Origin: an uncultured Spirochaetota bacterium
Lineage (GTDB): Bacteria; Spirochaetota; Spirochaetia; SZUA-6; Fen-1364
Assembly (NCBI GenBank): GCA_963734545.1
Contig: CAVTHO010000008.1
Coordinates: 288,001-352,000 of the forward strand
DNA: 64,000 nucleotides
Direction of reading: 5' to 3'
The notes below the pieces were generated by a model, which saw only the letters and a program-made list of their open reading frames with translations, was not told the DNA's origin and made no database searches. Position numbers and translations under genes: made by a program. Below, piece after piece: positions 9,793 through 19,225 of the stretch (positions are counted from its first letter, which is position 1; the number at the start of each line of letters is the position of its first letter).

Positions 9793-10314
9793 CTAAGGGA
9801 AGCAGACTTCGCCGATGGCGGTGCAGGCAACCTTGCCGTCCGCGATGACCTGTCCGATCATCGTGGCAAAGTACTCGTCGTACTCCAGCTTCCTGGCAAG
9901 CAGAACGACCTCGCGGCCGGGCAGGACGGGCGCCAGGTAGTACGCGCCCACGATTCGGGTGGCCCGCACATTCATCGGCTGATTCTGAGCCGGGACCGCC
10001 GTGCTGCGGCTGCCCAGGAAATAGTGCAGGCAGAGGCCGAGCTGGCCGATCATCTCCACCTCCAGGCAGCCCGGATATACAGGATAGTCGGGAAAGTGAC
10101 CGGCAAATATCGGATCGTCGGAAGAGATGAAACGCGACCCTGCGATCGCCTCTTCATCGAAGCTGACCCCCGTCAATCGATCCACGAGCAGGAACGGCTC
10201 CCGATGCGGGAGGATGCGCTTGATGTCGTCCCTTCCCCATGCAAGGGACGTGAGACGGTCTATCGGAATGAGCGGCTTCTTTCGATTCTCCCGGAGAAGA
10301 GCGTCGTGGTCCAC
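9793..10314 (-). CDS. fabZ: FabZ-like beta-hydroxyacyl-ACP dehydratase
   Basis: LPHREPFLLVD and FAGHFPDYPVYPGCLEVEMIGQ. GTG start. Confidence 0.88.
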   Translation of the reverse strand: MDHDALLRENRKKPLIPIDRLTSLAWGRDDIKRILPHREPFLLVDRLTGVSFDEEAIAGSRFISSDDPIFAGHFPDYPVYPGCLEVEMIGQLGLCLHYFLGSRSTAVPAQNQPMNVRATRIVGAYYLAPVLPGREVVLLARKLEYDEYFATMIGQVIADGKVACTAIGEVCFP

Positions 10315-10315
10315 T

Positions 10316-11575
10316 CTACGCGCGGAGGCCTTTGGCGATCACGTCCTCGATGATATTGAGGGCCGTGTCCATCTGCTCTTTCGTGAACTGCGTGGACACC
10401 GAGATGCGGAATCTCCGTGAATCCGCCGGCACCGCGGGAAAGTCCACGGGCTGGAGAAACAGCCCGCGCCGCTGTATCTCGTAGGCGAACTGGATGAGCT
10501 TTTCACCCGAGGAGCCGATGATGATCGGTATCACCTGGGATTCGCTCTGACCGAGATTCAGCTTCAGGGCCTGGAGGCCTTTCTTCAGATACGCGACGTT
10601 CTTCCAGAGCAGGTCACGGAGGCTCGAATCACGCGTGGCCACTTCCAGCGCTTTCATCAGCCCCCCTACGACTGGAGGTGAGGGCGCGCAGGAGAAGTTC
10701 CAGGGAGAGGAATATCCCTTGAGGTACTGGATGATGCGGGCGTTGGAACAGATGAACCCGCCCACACCGCCGAAGGACTTGCTGAACGTCCCGAAGCTCA
10801 CGCCGATGTCGTGCTCGAGACCGAAATGCTCGGCCACGCCCCGGCCATTCGGGCCGAACATGAGCGTGGAATGTGCTTCGTCGATATAGGTGGCCGCCTT
10901 GTAGTGGGCGCATACCTTCAGGATTTCCGGCAGCCGTACCAGGTCACCGTCCATTGAATAGACGCCTTCGAAGGCAACCAGCACGCGCTTGCCCTTGCAC
11001 TTCTCCAGCATGGCTTCCAGGGAGACCGGGTCGTTGTGGGAGAAGAACAGCATCTTTGCGCCGGAGAGGGTGCCGCCGTCTATCAGGCTCTTGTGGCACT
11101 TTTCATCAAGGACGAACATGTCCCCCTTGCGCAGGAGCCCCTGGATTGCGCCGACATTCCCGCCCAGCCCGCTGGAAAACAGCAGGCAGTCTTCCTTCTG
11201 CTTGAACTCCGCCAGCTGGCGCGCGAACTTCACGTGCAGGTCGAAAGTGCCGGACAGAAGCGGGGCGCCGGACGCGCCCAGCCCGTAGATATCCAGCGCT
11301 TCCTTTGCCGCCTGGATGACCTCGGGATGCGTGGAGAGCCCGAGGTAGTTGTACGAGGTCATGTTGATGACTTTGCGGCGCTTGCCGTCGAGGCTGCTCA
11401 GGACCTCCGTGCCCGCGCGCGGGGCGGCCAGGAGCTGCTGCCCGAAGAGACCCATGGCGGCCTGGATCTTCGGGTGCTCGATCCACGACTGGAAATCGCT
11501 CGGAGGGGTCAGGACGTCCGGGCTGTCATTGAAGAAAAAGTCCGCCAGGCTGAAGCTGAGGGCCTTGTCAGCCAT
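10316..11575 (-). CDS. PLP-dependent alpha-oxoamine synthase, serine palmitoyltransferase-like
   Basis: SYNYLGL, HKSLIDG, FSHND, EGVYSMDGD, DEAHS, GTFSKSFGGVGGF (PLP Lys). Confidence 0.85.
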   Translation of the reverse strand: MADKALSFSLADFFFNDSPDVLTPPSDFQSWIEHPKIQAAMGLFGQQLLAAPRAGTEVLSSLDGKRRKVINMTSYNYLGLSTHPEVIQAAKEALDIYGLGASGAPLLSGTFDLHVKFARQLAEFKQKEDCLLFSSGLGGNVGAIQGLLRKGDMFVLDEKCHKSLIDGGTLSGAKMLFFSHNDPVSLEAMLEKCKGKRVLVAFEGVYSMDGDLVRLPEILKVCAHYKAATYIDEAHSTLMFGPNGRGVAEHFGLEHDIGVSFGTFSKSFGGVGGFICSNARIIQYLKGYSSPWNFSCAPSPPVVGGLMKALEVATRDSSLRDLLWKNVAYLKKGLQALKLNLGQSESQVIPIIIGSSGEKLIQFAYEIQRRGLFLQPVDFPAVPADSRRFRISVSTQFTKEQMDTALNIIEDVIAKGLRA

Positions 11576-11822
11576 TGCCTTTGTTCACGTATTCGAGGAA
11601 TTTCACCGCCAGCTCGTCGATGTTGTTGATGTCCGTCAGCTCGGAGCGTGGAACCTTGATTTTCAGCTCCCGCATGGACGTGGAAACCACTTCGATCATG
11701 TCCAGGCTGTTTGCGCCATAATCTTTCATGGATTTCTGAGGGTCGATGCTGGCGGCGTCGATATCGTCGCTGTTGGCGGCGATGTTCTTCTTGATCACCT
11801 CGATCACCGCTTCTTTTGTCAT
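11568..11822 (-). CDS. Acyl carrier protein, AcpK-like (GANS motif)
   Basis: 84 aa with MKDYGANSLDMIEVV. Confidence 0.92.
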   Translation of the reverse strand: MTKEAVIEVIKKNIAANSDDIDAASIDPQKSMKDYGANSLDMIEVVSTSMRELKIKVPRSELTDINNIDELAVKFLEYVNKGNG

Positions 11823-11840
11823 TTCGCGCTCCTTATCTTG

Positions 11841-12656
11841 TTAAGTCTCTTTATCTGGGGACCGTTCCGCAAGATACCGGCCCATCGCATTATCCCGAAA
11901 GGGGAGGCCGTAGTCAACGCTGATTATCTGGCCGTTCACGGCGTCCAAAAGCCCGCTGCAGAGGGCCAGGACGGCCTTTCCGCACTCCGCGGGGGTCAAA
12001 ATCATGCTGGAGGGAATACCTTGCGTGGCTATGTACTTGAAGAAATCCTCTCCGAAGATCGCCTTGAAGGAATCCGTGTTCACCGTGCCGAACCGCAGCA
12101 CGTTCACCCGTGATCCCTCGGCCTGAAGAGGCACGGAGAGGTACCGGGAAAAAAACTCCAGAAGTGCCTTCGAAGCCGCCACGAAGTCGTACCCAGGGTA
12201 GAAATGGTCCGGGCCGTCGCTGGAGATGGCGAGGACATACTTCGGATAGCTGCCGAACCTCTCCTTGATCCTGCGGGTATAGTCGATGAGCGGCCAGGTG
12301 CTGTACTCGAGGGTCTTGAAGAGCGACCTCTTCTTGTAGTCCGCCAGCGTGAGGGTGCGCAGCGCGAAGCTCACATTGCTGATGAAGATGTCGATCTTCC
12401 CCGCGACCGACGCGATCTGCTCCATCAGCCGGACGGTATCCTCCTCCTCCGCGGCATCCGCTTCGTAGAACATCGGGCGCAGGGCGCCCCGCGACTCGAA
12501 CTCCGCCGCCACCTTCTCCTGGTCGGCGCTTCCCCACTTGTAGGTCAGGTATACCTGTGCCCCGGCTTCGGCGAGCGAGAGCGCAGATGCGAGTCCGATC
12601 CCCTTGGTTCCCCCCGTAATGAGAGCTGTCTTCCCCCGCAGATCCACGCTGACCAT
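11841..12656 (-). CDS. FabL-like enoyl-ACP reductase (SDR)
   Basis: TGGTKGIG and YPGYDFVAASKALLE (Yx6K pattern of FabI/FabL). Confidence 0.75.
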   Translation of the reverse strand: MVSVDLRGKTALITGGTKGIGLASALSLAEAGAQVYLTYKWGSADQEKVAAEFESRGALRPMFYEADAAEEEDTVRLMEQIASVAGKIDIFISNVSFALRTLTLADYKKRSLFKTLEYSTWPLIDYTRRIKERFGSYPKYVLAISSDGPDHFYPGYDFVAASKALLEFFSRYLSVPLQAEGSRVNVLRFGTVNTDSFKAIFGEDFFKYIATQGIPSSMILTPAECGKAVLALCSGLLDAVNGQIISVDYGLPFRDNAMGRYLAERSPDKET

Positions 12657-12673
12657 GACTGCCGCCTTCTTTC

Positions 12674-13423
12674 CTATTCGGGGTAGAGCTCGTTGATCGT
12701 GCGGCGGGTTTCCGGGAAGGAAAAACTGATCCGGTGCATCAAGTCTTCCTGGAGCCGCGCATCCACCAGGAGCTTCTTTTTCTTCGCGCTCAGGGTGTGC
12801 TTCAGCAGGGATATGGATCGGGCATCCTTCTCCGCGATCTGCTCGGCCAAGTCCCGGGCCCGGGCCAGGACCTCGCTCCTCGGCAGGATGTAGTTGATAT
12901 GGGTGCCTCTGCCCTCGAGCTCGCTGCCCCGGAAGCGCTTGCCGGTGAACATCATCTCGTTTGCAAGAAAGGGACCGACGAGCTCCGCCAGCAGGGTCGT
13001 GGTGCCCATGCCGGGGGTGAAGCCGAGGCTCATGAATACCGCCCCGTACCGGCTTTCTCTGGCCGCGATCACAATGTCGCAGCAGAACCCGACCGCGAGT
13101 CCCCCTCCTATGGCGTGACCCTCCATCGCGGCGATCACCGGAAAGGGCATCTCGAGAAGCCGCTCGCAGATCACGAAATCCTTGACCGCCGCCTTGCCGT
13201 CGCACAGATCGATCAGCTCCTTCTTGTGCGCGCCGCCGCAGAAGACATCCGGGAGGCCGGAGAGAACGAGGACCTTGGGCCGGCGTTCCTGTTCCAGCTC
13301 TTCCAGTGCCTCGAGGAGCTCCGCGATGAACTCCGAAGAGAAAATATTGCGGCCCCTGGTGTCATTCATCTTCAACCAGGAGACTCCGGAGGGCTCGGAG
13401 GTCAGCTTCATCCGTTCGCTCAT
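12674..13423 (-). CDS. Enoyl-CoA hydratase-family decarboxylase ECH2 (PksI-like)
   Basis: MEGHAIGGG, FMSLGFTPGMGTT, EMMFTG, EDLMHRISF. Confidence 0.88.
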   Translation of the reverse strand: MSERMKLTSEPSGVSWLKMNDTRGRNIFSSEFIAELLEALEELEQERRPKVLVLSGLPDVFCGGAHKKELIDLCDGKAAVKDFVICERLLEMPFPVIAAMEGHAIGGGLAVGFCCDIVIAARESRYGAVFMSLGFTPGMGTTTLLAELVGPFLANEMMFTGKRFRGSELEGRGTHINYILPRSEVLARARDLAEQIAEKDARSISLLKHTLSAKKKKLLVDARLQEDLMHRISFSFPETRRTINELYPE

Positions 13424-14262
13424 GGCGCACCCGCCTTCCCTTCCCGCGCGCTCGAAAGGGCAAGAGAACGCGACGGCCTGAACCGGGAGAACCAGGCCGG
13501 CACGTGCCCCTCCTGGAATGCCTTCACACCGTCCAGGGTGGGTGGATCGTGCATCATCTCCACCAATCTGCGGCGCGCGAGCAGGCTGCCCTGCTTCGGC
13601 GTCTTGCCGATCAGCTCCGCGGTAAACTCCTTGACAGCGGCAAGCGCGCGGGGGGACGAGCACAGGAGGCGCTTGAAGATCTCGCGCACGCGGCGCTCGA
13701 TATCCGCGCCGGCCACCAGCTCGTCCACGAGATTCAGACGCAGCGCTTCGGAGGCGGAGATCCGGTGCGAGCTCATCACGAGGTAGCGCGCCGTCTGCGG
13801 CGTCACGCGCAGCGCGAGCATGTAGGGCAGCACGTTCGCGGGTATCAGCCCGAAAATCACCTCCCCCAGCTCGAATGTGGCCCGCTCCCCGGCCACCACG
13901 ATGTCGCACGCGCACGCCAGACCGACCCCGCCGGCCTTCACCTCACCCTCGACAAGGCAGACAACCGGCAGTGCCGCGGAGAATATCGTCTCCAGCACGC
14001 CGGCGTAGCTGTCCACCGCCTTCTCCGCATCCGCCCGGGCCGCGGACCCGTGCGCCGCCAGCAGCGCAAGGTCCATGCCCAGGCAGAAGACAGGCCCGTT
14101 GGAGCGCAGGAGAACGGCGCGCACGCGCGGGTCCTTCAGGGAGCGATCCAGCGCGGCTCTCAGCTCCCGCAGGCCTTCGGGGCTCAGGAGGTTGCCGTGC
14201 TCTCCGTCATTCAGGGTGATCACCGCGACGTGGGAGTCCTCGTACTGCTCGATCAGCGCCAC
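13420..14262 (-). CDS. Enoyl-CoA hydratase-family dehydratase ECH1 (PksH-like)
   Basis: VFCLGMDL, VKAGGVGLACACDIV, FELGEVIFGLIPA. GTG start inferred. Confidence 0.85.
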   Translation of the reverse strand: MALIEQYEDSHVAVITLNDGEHGNLLSPEGLRELRAALDRSLKDPRVRAVLLRSNGPVFCLGMDLALLAAHGSAARADAEKAVDSYAGVLETIFSAALPVVCLVEGEVKAGGVGLACACDIVVAGERATFELGEVIFGLIPANVLPYMLALRVTPQTARYLVMSSHRISASEALRLNLVDELVAGADIERRVREIFKRLLCSSPRALAAVKEFTAELIGKTPKQGSLLARRRLVEMMHDPPTLDGVKAFQEGHVPAWFSRFRPSRSLALSSAREGKAGAP

Positions 14263-15497
14263 CGGCTGAGCTCCACTCGTAGGAGCGGTAGAAATCCTTG
14301 ACCTGACGAAGCACGAGGCGCTTCCTGCCCCGGTAGTGCCGGTCATACCAGCCCTCCGGGCAGGGATAAATCGGGCGTGAAGCAGGGCTGCTCAATGGCC
14401 TCCTCCCGCATTTTCTCGATGGTCTCGTACTCCGCCACGCTCACCTCGCGGCGGGCATCCAGCTCGGCGTCGATGCCCATGCCGGCAACTACCTCCCGGG
14501 CCTCGGGACACAGAAATCCGCTGTAGAACTCGCCGATTGCCCCGGAGCCGTAGGAAAAAAAGCTGATACGGTCTCCGGCCTTCACGCCCTGCGCGCTCAT
14601 TGCGATCCCGCATATGCCGAGGAAGTTGCTCGCCCCATAGGTGGAGCCGCATCGGCGGGCATACAGGAGCGAGGGTTGGGTCTTCTGCGTGAAGCTTTCC
14701 CGTATCTCGATCTTGGTGCGCGCCCGGGCCAGGTTGCAGAGGGTCCGGTGCGCCTGGAATGCCATGCCGGGAAAGGGAGTGTGGTAGCAGTTCTGGGCAA
14801 AGTAGCTGTCGAAATCCACCGTCTCCCCGGTCGTTTCCACATAATCCCGATAGGACCCTTCCAGGGCATCGAGATACGTGTACAGGCTCACCTCGTTGTT
14901 GCCCATCTCGTGCCGTGCACTGGGCCGGAATGTATCGTAGACATCGGAGGTCCACGTGCCTCTCTTGGACAGCTCGTACTCCACCACCCTTGGTGAGTCG
15001 CTCACGAGAGCGGCCGCGGCCACGCCGCCGAGGACGAACTCTTCCTTCGCGTTCAGGTGCATGCGGGAAAAGTCGGTCGAGATGACCAGCGCTTTCCGCC
15101 CCCGATTCAGCCCGGAGGCGATCCAGTTGAGCGCCGTGTCCAGGGCCGCCACGCCGCTGTAGCAGGCGTGTTTCGTCTCGAAGTTCCGCACGTTGGCGGG
15201 CAGACCCAGCGCGCCGTGCATGTTGGTGCTGATGGGTTTGCCGAAATCAACCGAGCTCTCGGTTCCGACCACGAGCATGCCGATGGCCTGCCTGTCCTCC
15301 CCCTCCAGCATCGGGGCGGCCGCGTTGACCCCCATGGTCACGGTGTCCTCGTAGAGGGGATTCAGGGAGCGTGTGTCGATCAGGAAATCCGCAACCACTT
15401 TCTGCGGGTCCATGCCCCTGGCCTCGGCCAGCTTCTTCTGGTCCAGTATCAGGGAGCTGCCGTAGATGTTGATCTTTTCGATGCCGATGCGGCGCAT
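14207..15497 (-). CDS. HMG-CoA synthase-like beta-branching enzyme (PksG-like), +1 indel near 14355
   Basis: IGIEKINIY, VGTESSVDFGKP, FETKHACYSG, YHTPF, FSYGSG. The C-terminal RLVLRQVKDFYRSYEWS lies in the adjacent frame, so the exact stop is uncertain. Confidence 0.9.
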
Positions 15498-15505
15498 ATT
15501 ACTCC

Positions 15506-16261
15506 TTATGGCGCGTAGCTCAGTCCGCCGGCCACCCGGATCACCTCGCCGTTGATGAATCCGGCTTCCGCGCCCGCGAGGTAGTGCACAAGGCTGGCAA
15601 TCTCCTCCGCGGTGCCGATCCGCTTGATCGGACAGTATTCCAGCCAGATCTCGTGCAGCTTTGTGGCCATATGCTGGTCCGTCATGTCCGTTTCCACGTA
15701 GCCGACGGTGACGATATTGGACGTGATGCCTCGGGGGCCGTATTCTCGCGCGAGGGTCTTGGTGAGCCCGATGAGCCCGGCCTTGGCCGCGGCATAATTG
15801 ACCTGGCCGCTGGAGCCCTCCTGCGCGAGAGAGGAGATATTGATGATACGGCCCCAGCGTTTGCTCATGAGGTGAGTGAGAAAGCTGCGGATCACGAAAA
15901 ACGGGCCGGAGAGATCGGCGGCGATCACTTCCTGCCACTGTTCGTCGCTCATCATCGCGGCCGTGTTGTTTCTGACGATGCCGGCATTGTTCACCACGAT
16001 GCCCAGGCTCGGAAAATCCTCCATCACCTGGTCCGCCACCCTCTCCACCTCGGCGCTGTCCGTGACATTCATCCGGTAGGCTTTCAGCGCTGCCGCGCCC
16101 TCCAGCCCGGCAGCCAGGGTCTGTGTCTCCCGCATGGCCGCCTCGTTGCCGACATACGTGAACGCGGTCGGGATGCCCTCCTTGACCAGGCGCAGAACTA
16201 TGGCGCGCCCTATGCCGCGGGAACCGCCCGTCACGAAAGCTGCCGGTAAACCTGGTTCCAT
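15506..16261 (-). CDS. fabG: 3-oxoacyl-ACP reductase
   Basis: TGGSRGIG, NNAGI, INISS, GQVNYAAAK. Confidence 0.88.
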   Translation of the reverse strand: MEPGLPAAFVTGGSRGIGRAIVLRLVKEGIPTAFTYVGNEAAMRETQTLAAGLEGAAALKAYRMNVTDSAEVERVADQVMEDFPSLGIVVNNAGIVRNNTAAMMSDEQWQEVIAADLSGPFFVIRSFLTHLMSKRWGRIINISSLAQEGSSGQVNYAAAKAGLIGLTKTLAREYGPRGITSNIVTVGYVETDMTDQHMATKLHEIWLEYCPIKRIGTAEEIASLVHYLAGAEAGFINGEVIRVAGGLSYAP

Positions 16262-16264
16262 TCC

Positions 16265-17548
16265 CTACCCCTCGTAGCGCCTGATCAGGCTGCAGGCGTT
16301 GATGCCGCCGAACCCGAAGGAGTTTTTCAACATGTAGCGGACCTTGTGCTCCACGGGGCCCCTGGCGCAGACATCGAGGTCCACTTCCGGGTCCAGGCGG
16401 TCGATGTTGATCGTGGGATGGAGGCGGCCGTGCTTCATCTGGAGGAGCCCGGCAATGGTCTCCACGATGGGGGATGCCCAGCAGGTGTGTCCCAGCATCG
16501 ACTTGGCGGCGTTGAGCTTCATCCGGTACGCGTGCGCGCCGAATGCTTCCTTGATGGCCCTGATCTCTTCAAGGTCCCCGCCCGGCGTGCCCGTGGCGTG
16601 ACAGCTCGCGAAATCGACTTCCGAGGGGTCTGTCCCGGTGGACACCAGCAGCTCGCGGATCAGGCGTGCCTGGATTCCAGCAGCAGGCGCGGGCAGGTGA
16701 CAGGCGTTGGCATTGGCCCTTACGCCCATCACTTCCCCATGAATTCGGGCGCCGCGGCTCAACGCGTGCCCCAGCTCTTCCAGCATCAGCGTCCCGGCCC
16801 CGTGCGAGTAGACGAACCCGGCCCGGTCGGCGTCGAACGGCCGCGAAGCCTTTTCCGGGTGATCCTGGAATTCCGGCTTTACAACGACAGCATTGATGAT
16901 CACGGAGGCCTGGATGTCACCGGGGGACATATCGAAAAGCCCGCCGGCAATCACCGCCAGGTCGGACTCCCCGCTCATGATGTCGCGGAAGCCCTCCCGG
17001 AGGGCGAGGTTGCCGCTCGCGCAGGCCCCGCCGATGGTGAAGGTGGGGCCATGCAGTCCCAGGAGCTCCGTGATGACGGCAGGCACGTTCGGATCGATAC
17101 CCTCGACCCCGCTGAGGGGATCCAGGTACTCCACGTCCTGAAGGAAGCGCTTGGAATTCTCGTGGATGTAGTTCGAGTTCAGGTTATGTCCGCCCACGAT
17201 GACGCTGGTGCGGAATGGATCGGTCTCCGAGGCGAAGAGCCCGGCATCCTGCCAGGCAGCGAGAGTGCAGAGAACGGCCATTTTCGCTGAAAAGGTCGTG
17301 GAACGGAACATCTTCTTTGCCTTTTTGAAGGTGTCCGCACCCAAAGCGTCCTTGAAACGTTCCAGGGCCCCCAGGCAGTCGTAATCGCCCAGGTCACCCC
17401 CGATTTTGCACTCTATATTGGTCATATCGAGGCTCTGCCAGCGGCGGATCCCCGATTTCCCGCTTATCAGGTTCTGATAATAGCCCTCCAGCGTATCACC
17501 GAGCGGGTTGATGGTCCCCATGCCGGTGATAACGGCGCGACGTTTCAT
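16265..17548 (-). CDS. Stand-alone beta-ketoacyl synthase, PksF-like but with active-site Cys
   Basis: RAVITGMG, IVGGHNL, TIGGACASGN, SRPFDADRAGFVY, CHATGT, KSMLGH, NSFGFGGIN. GGGGAGG ribosome-binding site. Confidence 0.88.
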   Translation of the reverse strand: MKRRAVITGMGTINPLGDTLEGYYQNLISGKSGIRRWQSLDMTNIECKIGGDLGDYDCLGALERFKDALGADTFKKAKKMFRSTTFSAKMAVLCTLAAWQDAGLFASETDPFRTSVIVGGHNLNSNYIHENSKRFLQDVEYLDPLSGVEGIDPNVPAVITELLGLHGPTFTIGGACASGNLALREGFRDIMSGESDLAVIAGGLFDMSPGDIQASVIINAVVVKPEFQDHPEKASRPFDADRAGFVYSHGAGTLMLEELGHALSRGARIHGEVMGVRANANACHLPAPAAGIQARLIRELLVSTGTDPSEVDFASCHATGTPGGDLEEIRAIKEAFGAHAYRMKLNAAKSMLGHTCWASPIVETIAGLLQMKHGRLHPTINIDRLDPEVDLDVCARGPVEHKVRYMLKNSFGFGGINACSLIRRYEG

Positions 17549-17701
17549 CTCGCGCGCCTCCCCTTGTGCGATACGGCGTACTCGCCGAACGGGTACTCCC
17601 GTACTCCGCACAATCTCGCGGTATTCCGCGCAGTTGTCGGTCTTTCCAGGGCCTGGTGCCATCCCATGATGGGTGAGTGTAATATTTCAGCACCCCTCGA
17701 T

Positions 17702-18675
17702 TCAATAGCTGCCTCGGGCCCCGATGCGCGCCGCGAAAGCCTGAATTTCGTCACTTCTGCCCGAAAAAGCGCAAAGAGAGGTCTTCCAGACAACGCGTCT
17801 CTTGCCGGTCGGGCCCAGCGGCGGCGAACAGCAGGAAAACTCGATGCTGTCAGGCACGCCGCCGGTTCGGCAATCCACCCGGGCGTCATCCCTGCCCTCC
17901 TCCCTCGCAAAATCCTTGACCAGGAGCTGTGCGCGCCCGGACTCACGCTCCTCGAGGCAGAGGATCCGGTTTCCCGCATCCGCGCCCGGGATTTCGATCT
18001 TCGCGGACTGGGGACCCCGCAATCGTACTACCGCGCAGTCTTCGGCGAATTCGAGGCTGCGGGAGGGCAGGGTCACGAGGCTCGTCTCCGTCCACCGTTT
18101 GCGGAGAGGCACGCGAATCTCCGCCCCCATGCGCGCCTGGGTGATGTTCCAGAGCCACACGGGCGCGCGGCAATCGCCCGAGATCTCGAGGACCGTCTCC
18201 TCCTCATACCCGGCCTGGCGCAGCCAGGTCGTGCCCCAGAGGTCGGCCAGCCGCGCCTCTGTCATCGGCCTCACCCGGCGGATGAGCCTGAACCGGATCC
18301 GGGACCCCGTCTTCCAGGCCAGCGCCTCGCCCTTGTTCTCCATGGCATATCCGGATTTCTCGGATGAGCGGGCAAACTGGCCCGGGTCGATGGCGGGGGG
18401 GACCTCGGGGCCTTCGGCGAGGAACTCCTCTTCCGGAGCCAGCCACATCCGGTCCCCCCCGGGTTGATCCAGCCGTCGTCCTTTGATCCGATGTGCAGAA
18501 GACGCAGAAATCCGGGATTCACCCAGAGCGCGTTGTCACCCCGCCAATGGGGCCACACCCCGAGCACGCGCCCGTACTCGGGCAGCACGAGCACGGCGCC
18601 GTCCGCGCCCGATTCGAGGACCGCGTACTCGACGCCGAGGGTCTTCAGGCTGACAACGGTCTCTTCGAGTCCCAT
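17702..18675 (-). CDS. Conserved hypothetical protein (DUF6786-like), frameshifted in a G7 run near 18455
   Basis: Two overlapping ORFs join as ...YGRVLG...GWINPGG/DRMWLAPE if one G is added. Confidence 0.6.
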
Positions 18676-19119
18676 TCAGTTTGCCGGCGCGCGCCGCGCA
18701 ATCACGTCCTGGGACATGACGAGCAGGGTCGTGCGCTCCTGCCAGCCGATTTTTCTCCAGAATCGCCGGCCGGCCCGGTTTTTCGCCAGGACGAAGATGT
18801 GGCACTTCCGCATGCCCAGATCGGCGAGCGCGGCGAGGCTTCGCTCGACCAGGGCGCGGCCGATACCCGTGCGCCGATGGCTGTGCGCGACGGCCAGATG
18901 ATTGAGGAATCCCCTGCGGCCGTCGCTGCCGCCCAGCAGCGCCCCCACGAGAGTGCCGTCCTCCTCCGCGACAAAGCTCAATCCTGGGTTGTGCGCGAGG
19001 TACCGGGCGATGTTCCGCTTTTCGTCCGCCTCGCTCAGCCCGATCCCCTCCATGCTCTGCCAGAGGGCATACGCCGCCTCGTAGTCGGCGATTGTGAACT
19101 CACGCAGCGTCACGCTCAT
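18676..19119 (-). CDS. GNAT acetyltransferase (YpeA-like)
   Basis: DGRRGFLNHLAV, HRRTGIGRAL, FWRKIGW. Confidence 0.9.
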   Translation of the reverse strand: MSVTLREFTIADYEAAYALWQSMEGIGLSEADEKRNIARYLAHNPGLSFVAEEDGTLVGALLGGSDGRRGFLNHLAVAHSHRRTGIGRALVERSLAALADLGMRKCHIFVLAKNRAGRRFWRKIGWQERTTLLVMSQDVIARRAPAN

Positions 19120-19225
19120 GCCGCCGGTGTATCCGCCGCTTCCGGCCGCGTCAAGTGCGCATTTGCGCGCAGGTGCGGATTTGTGCCGTAGAAGAATGCG
19201 GCCGCCTTCCTTATAGTTCGCACAC

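Noticed and set aside
10316-11575. Annotation as BioF or Kbl
   Set aside because: There is no biotin or threonine-catabolism context, and the motifs and ACP overlap favour an SPT-like role. It is not formally excluded without a phylogeny.
14207-15497. Mevalonate-pathway HMG-CoA synthase
   Set aside because: No HMG-CoA reductase or mevalonate kinases are nearby. The ACP/ECH1/ECH2 neighbours and PksG-like C-terminus point to beta-branching.
18450-18463. Phase variation at the G7 tract
   Set aside because: The tract is short, and homopolymer error is a simpler explanation in an indel-rich assembly.
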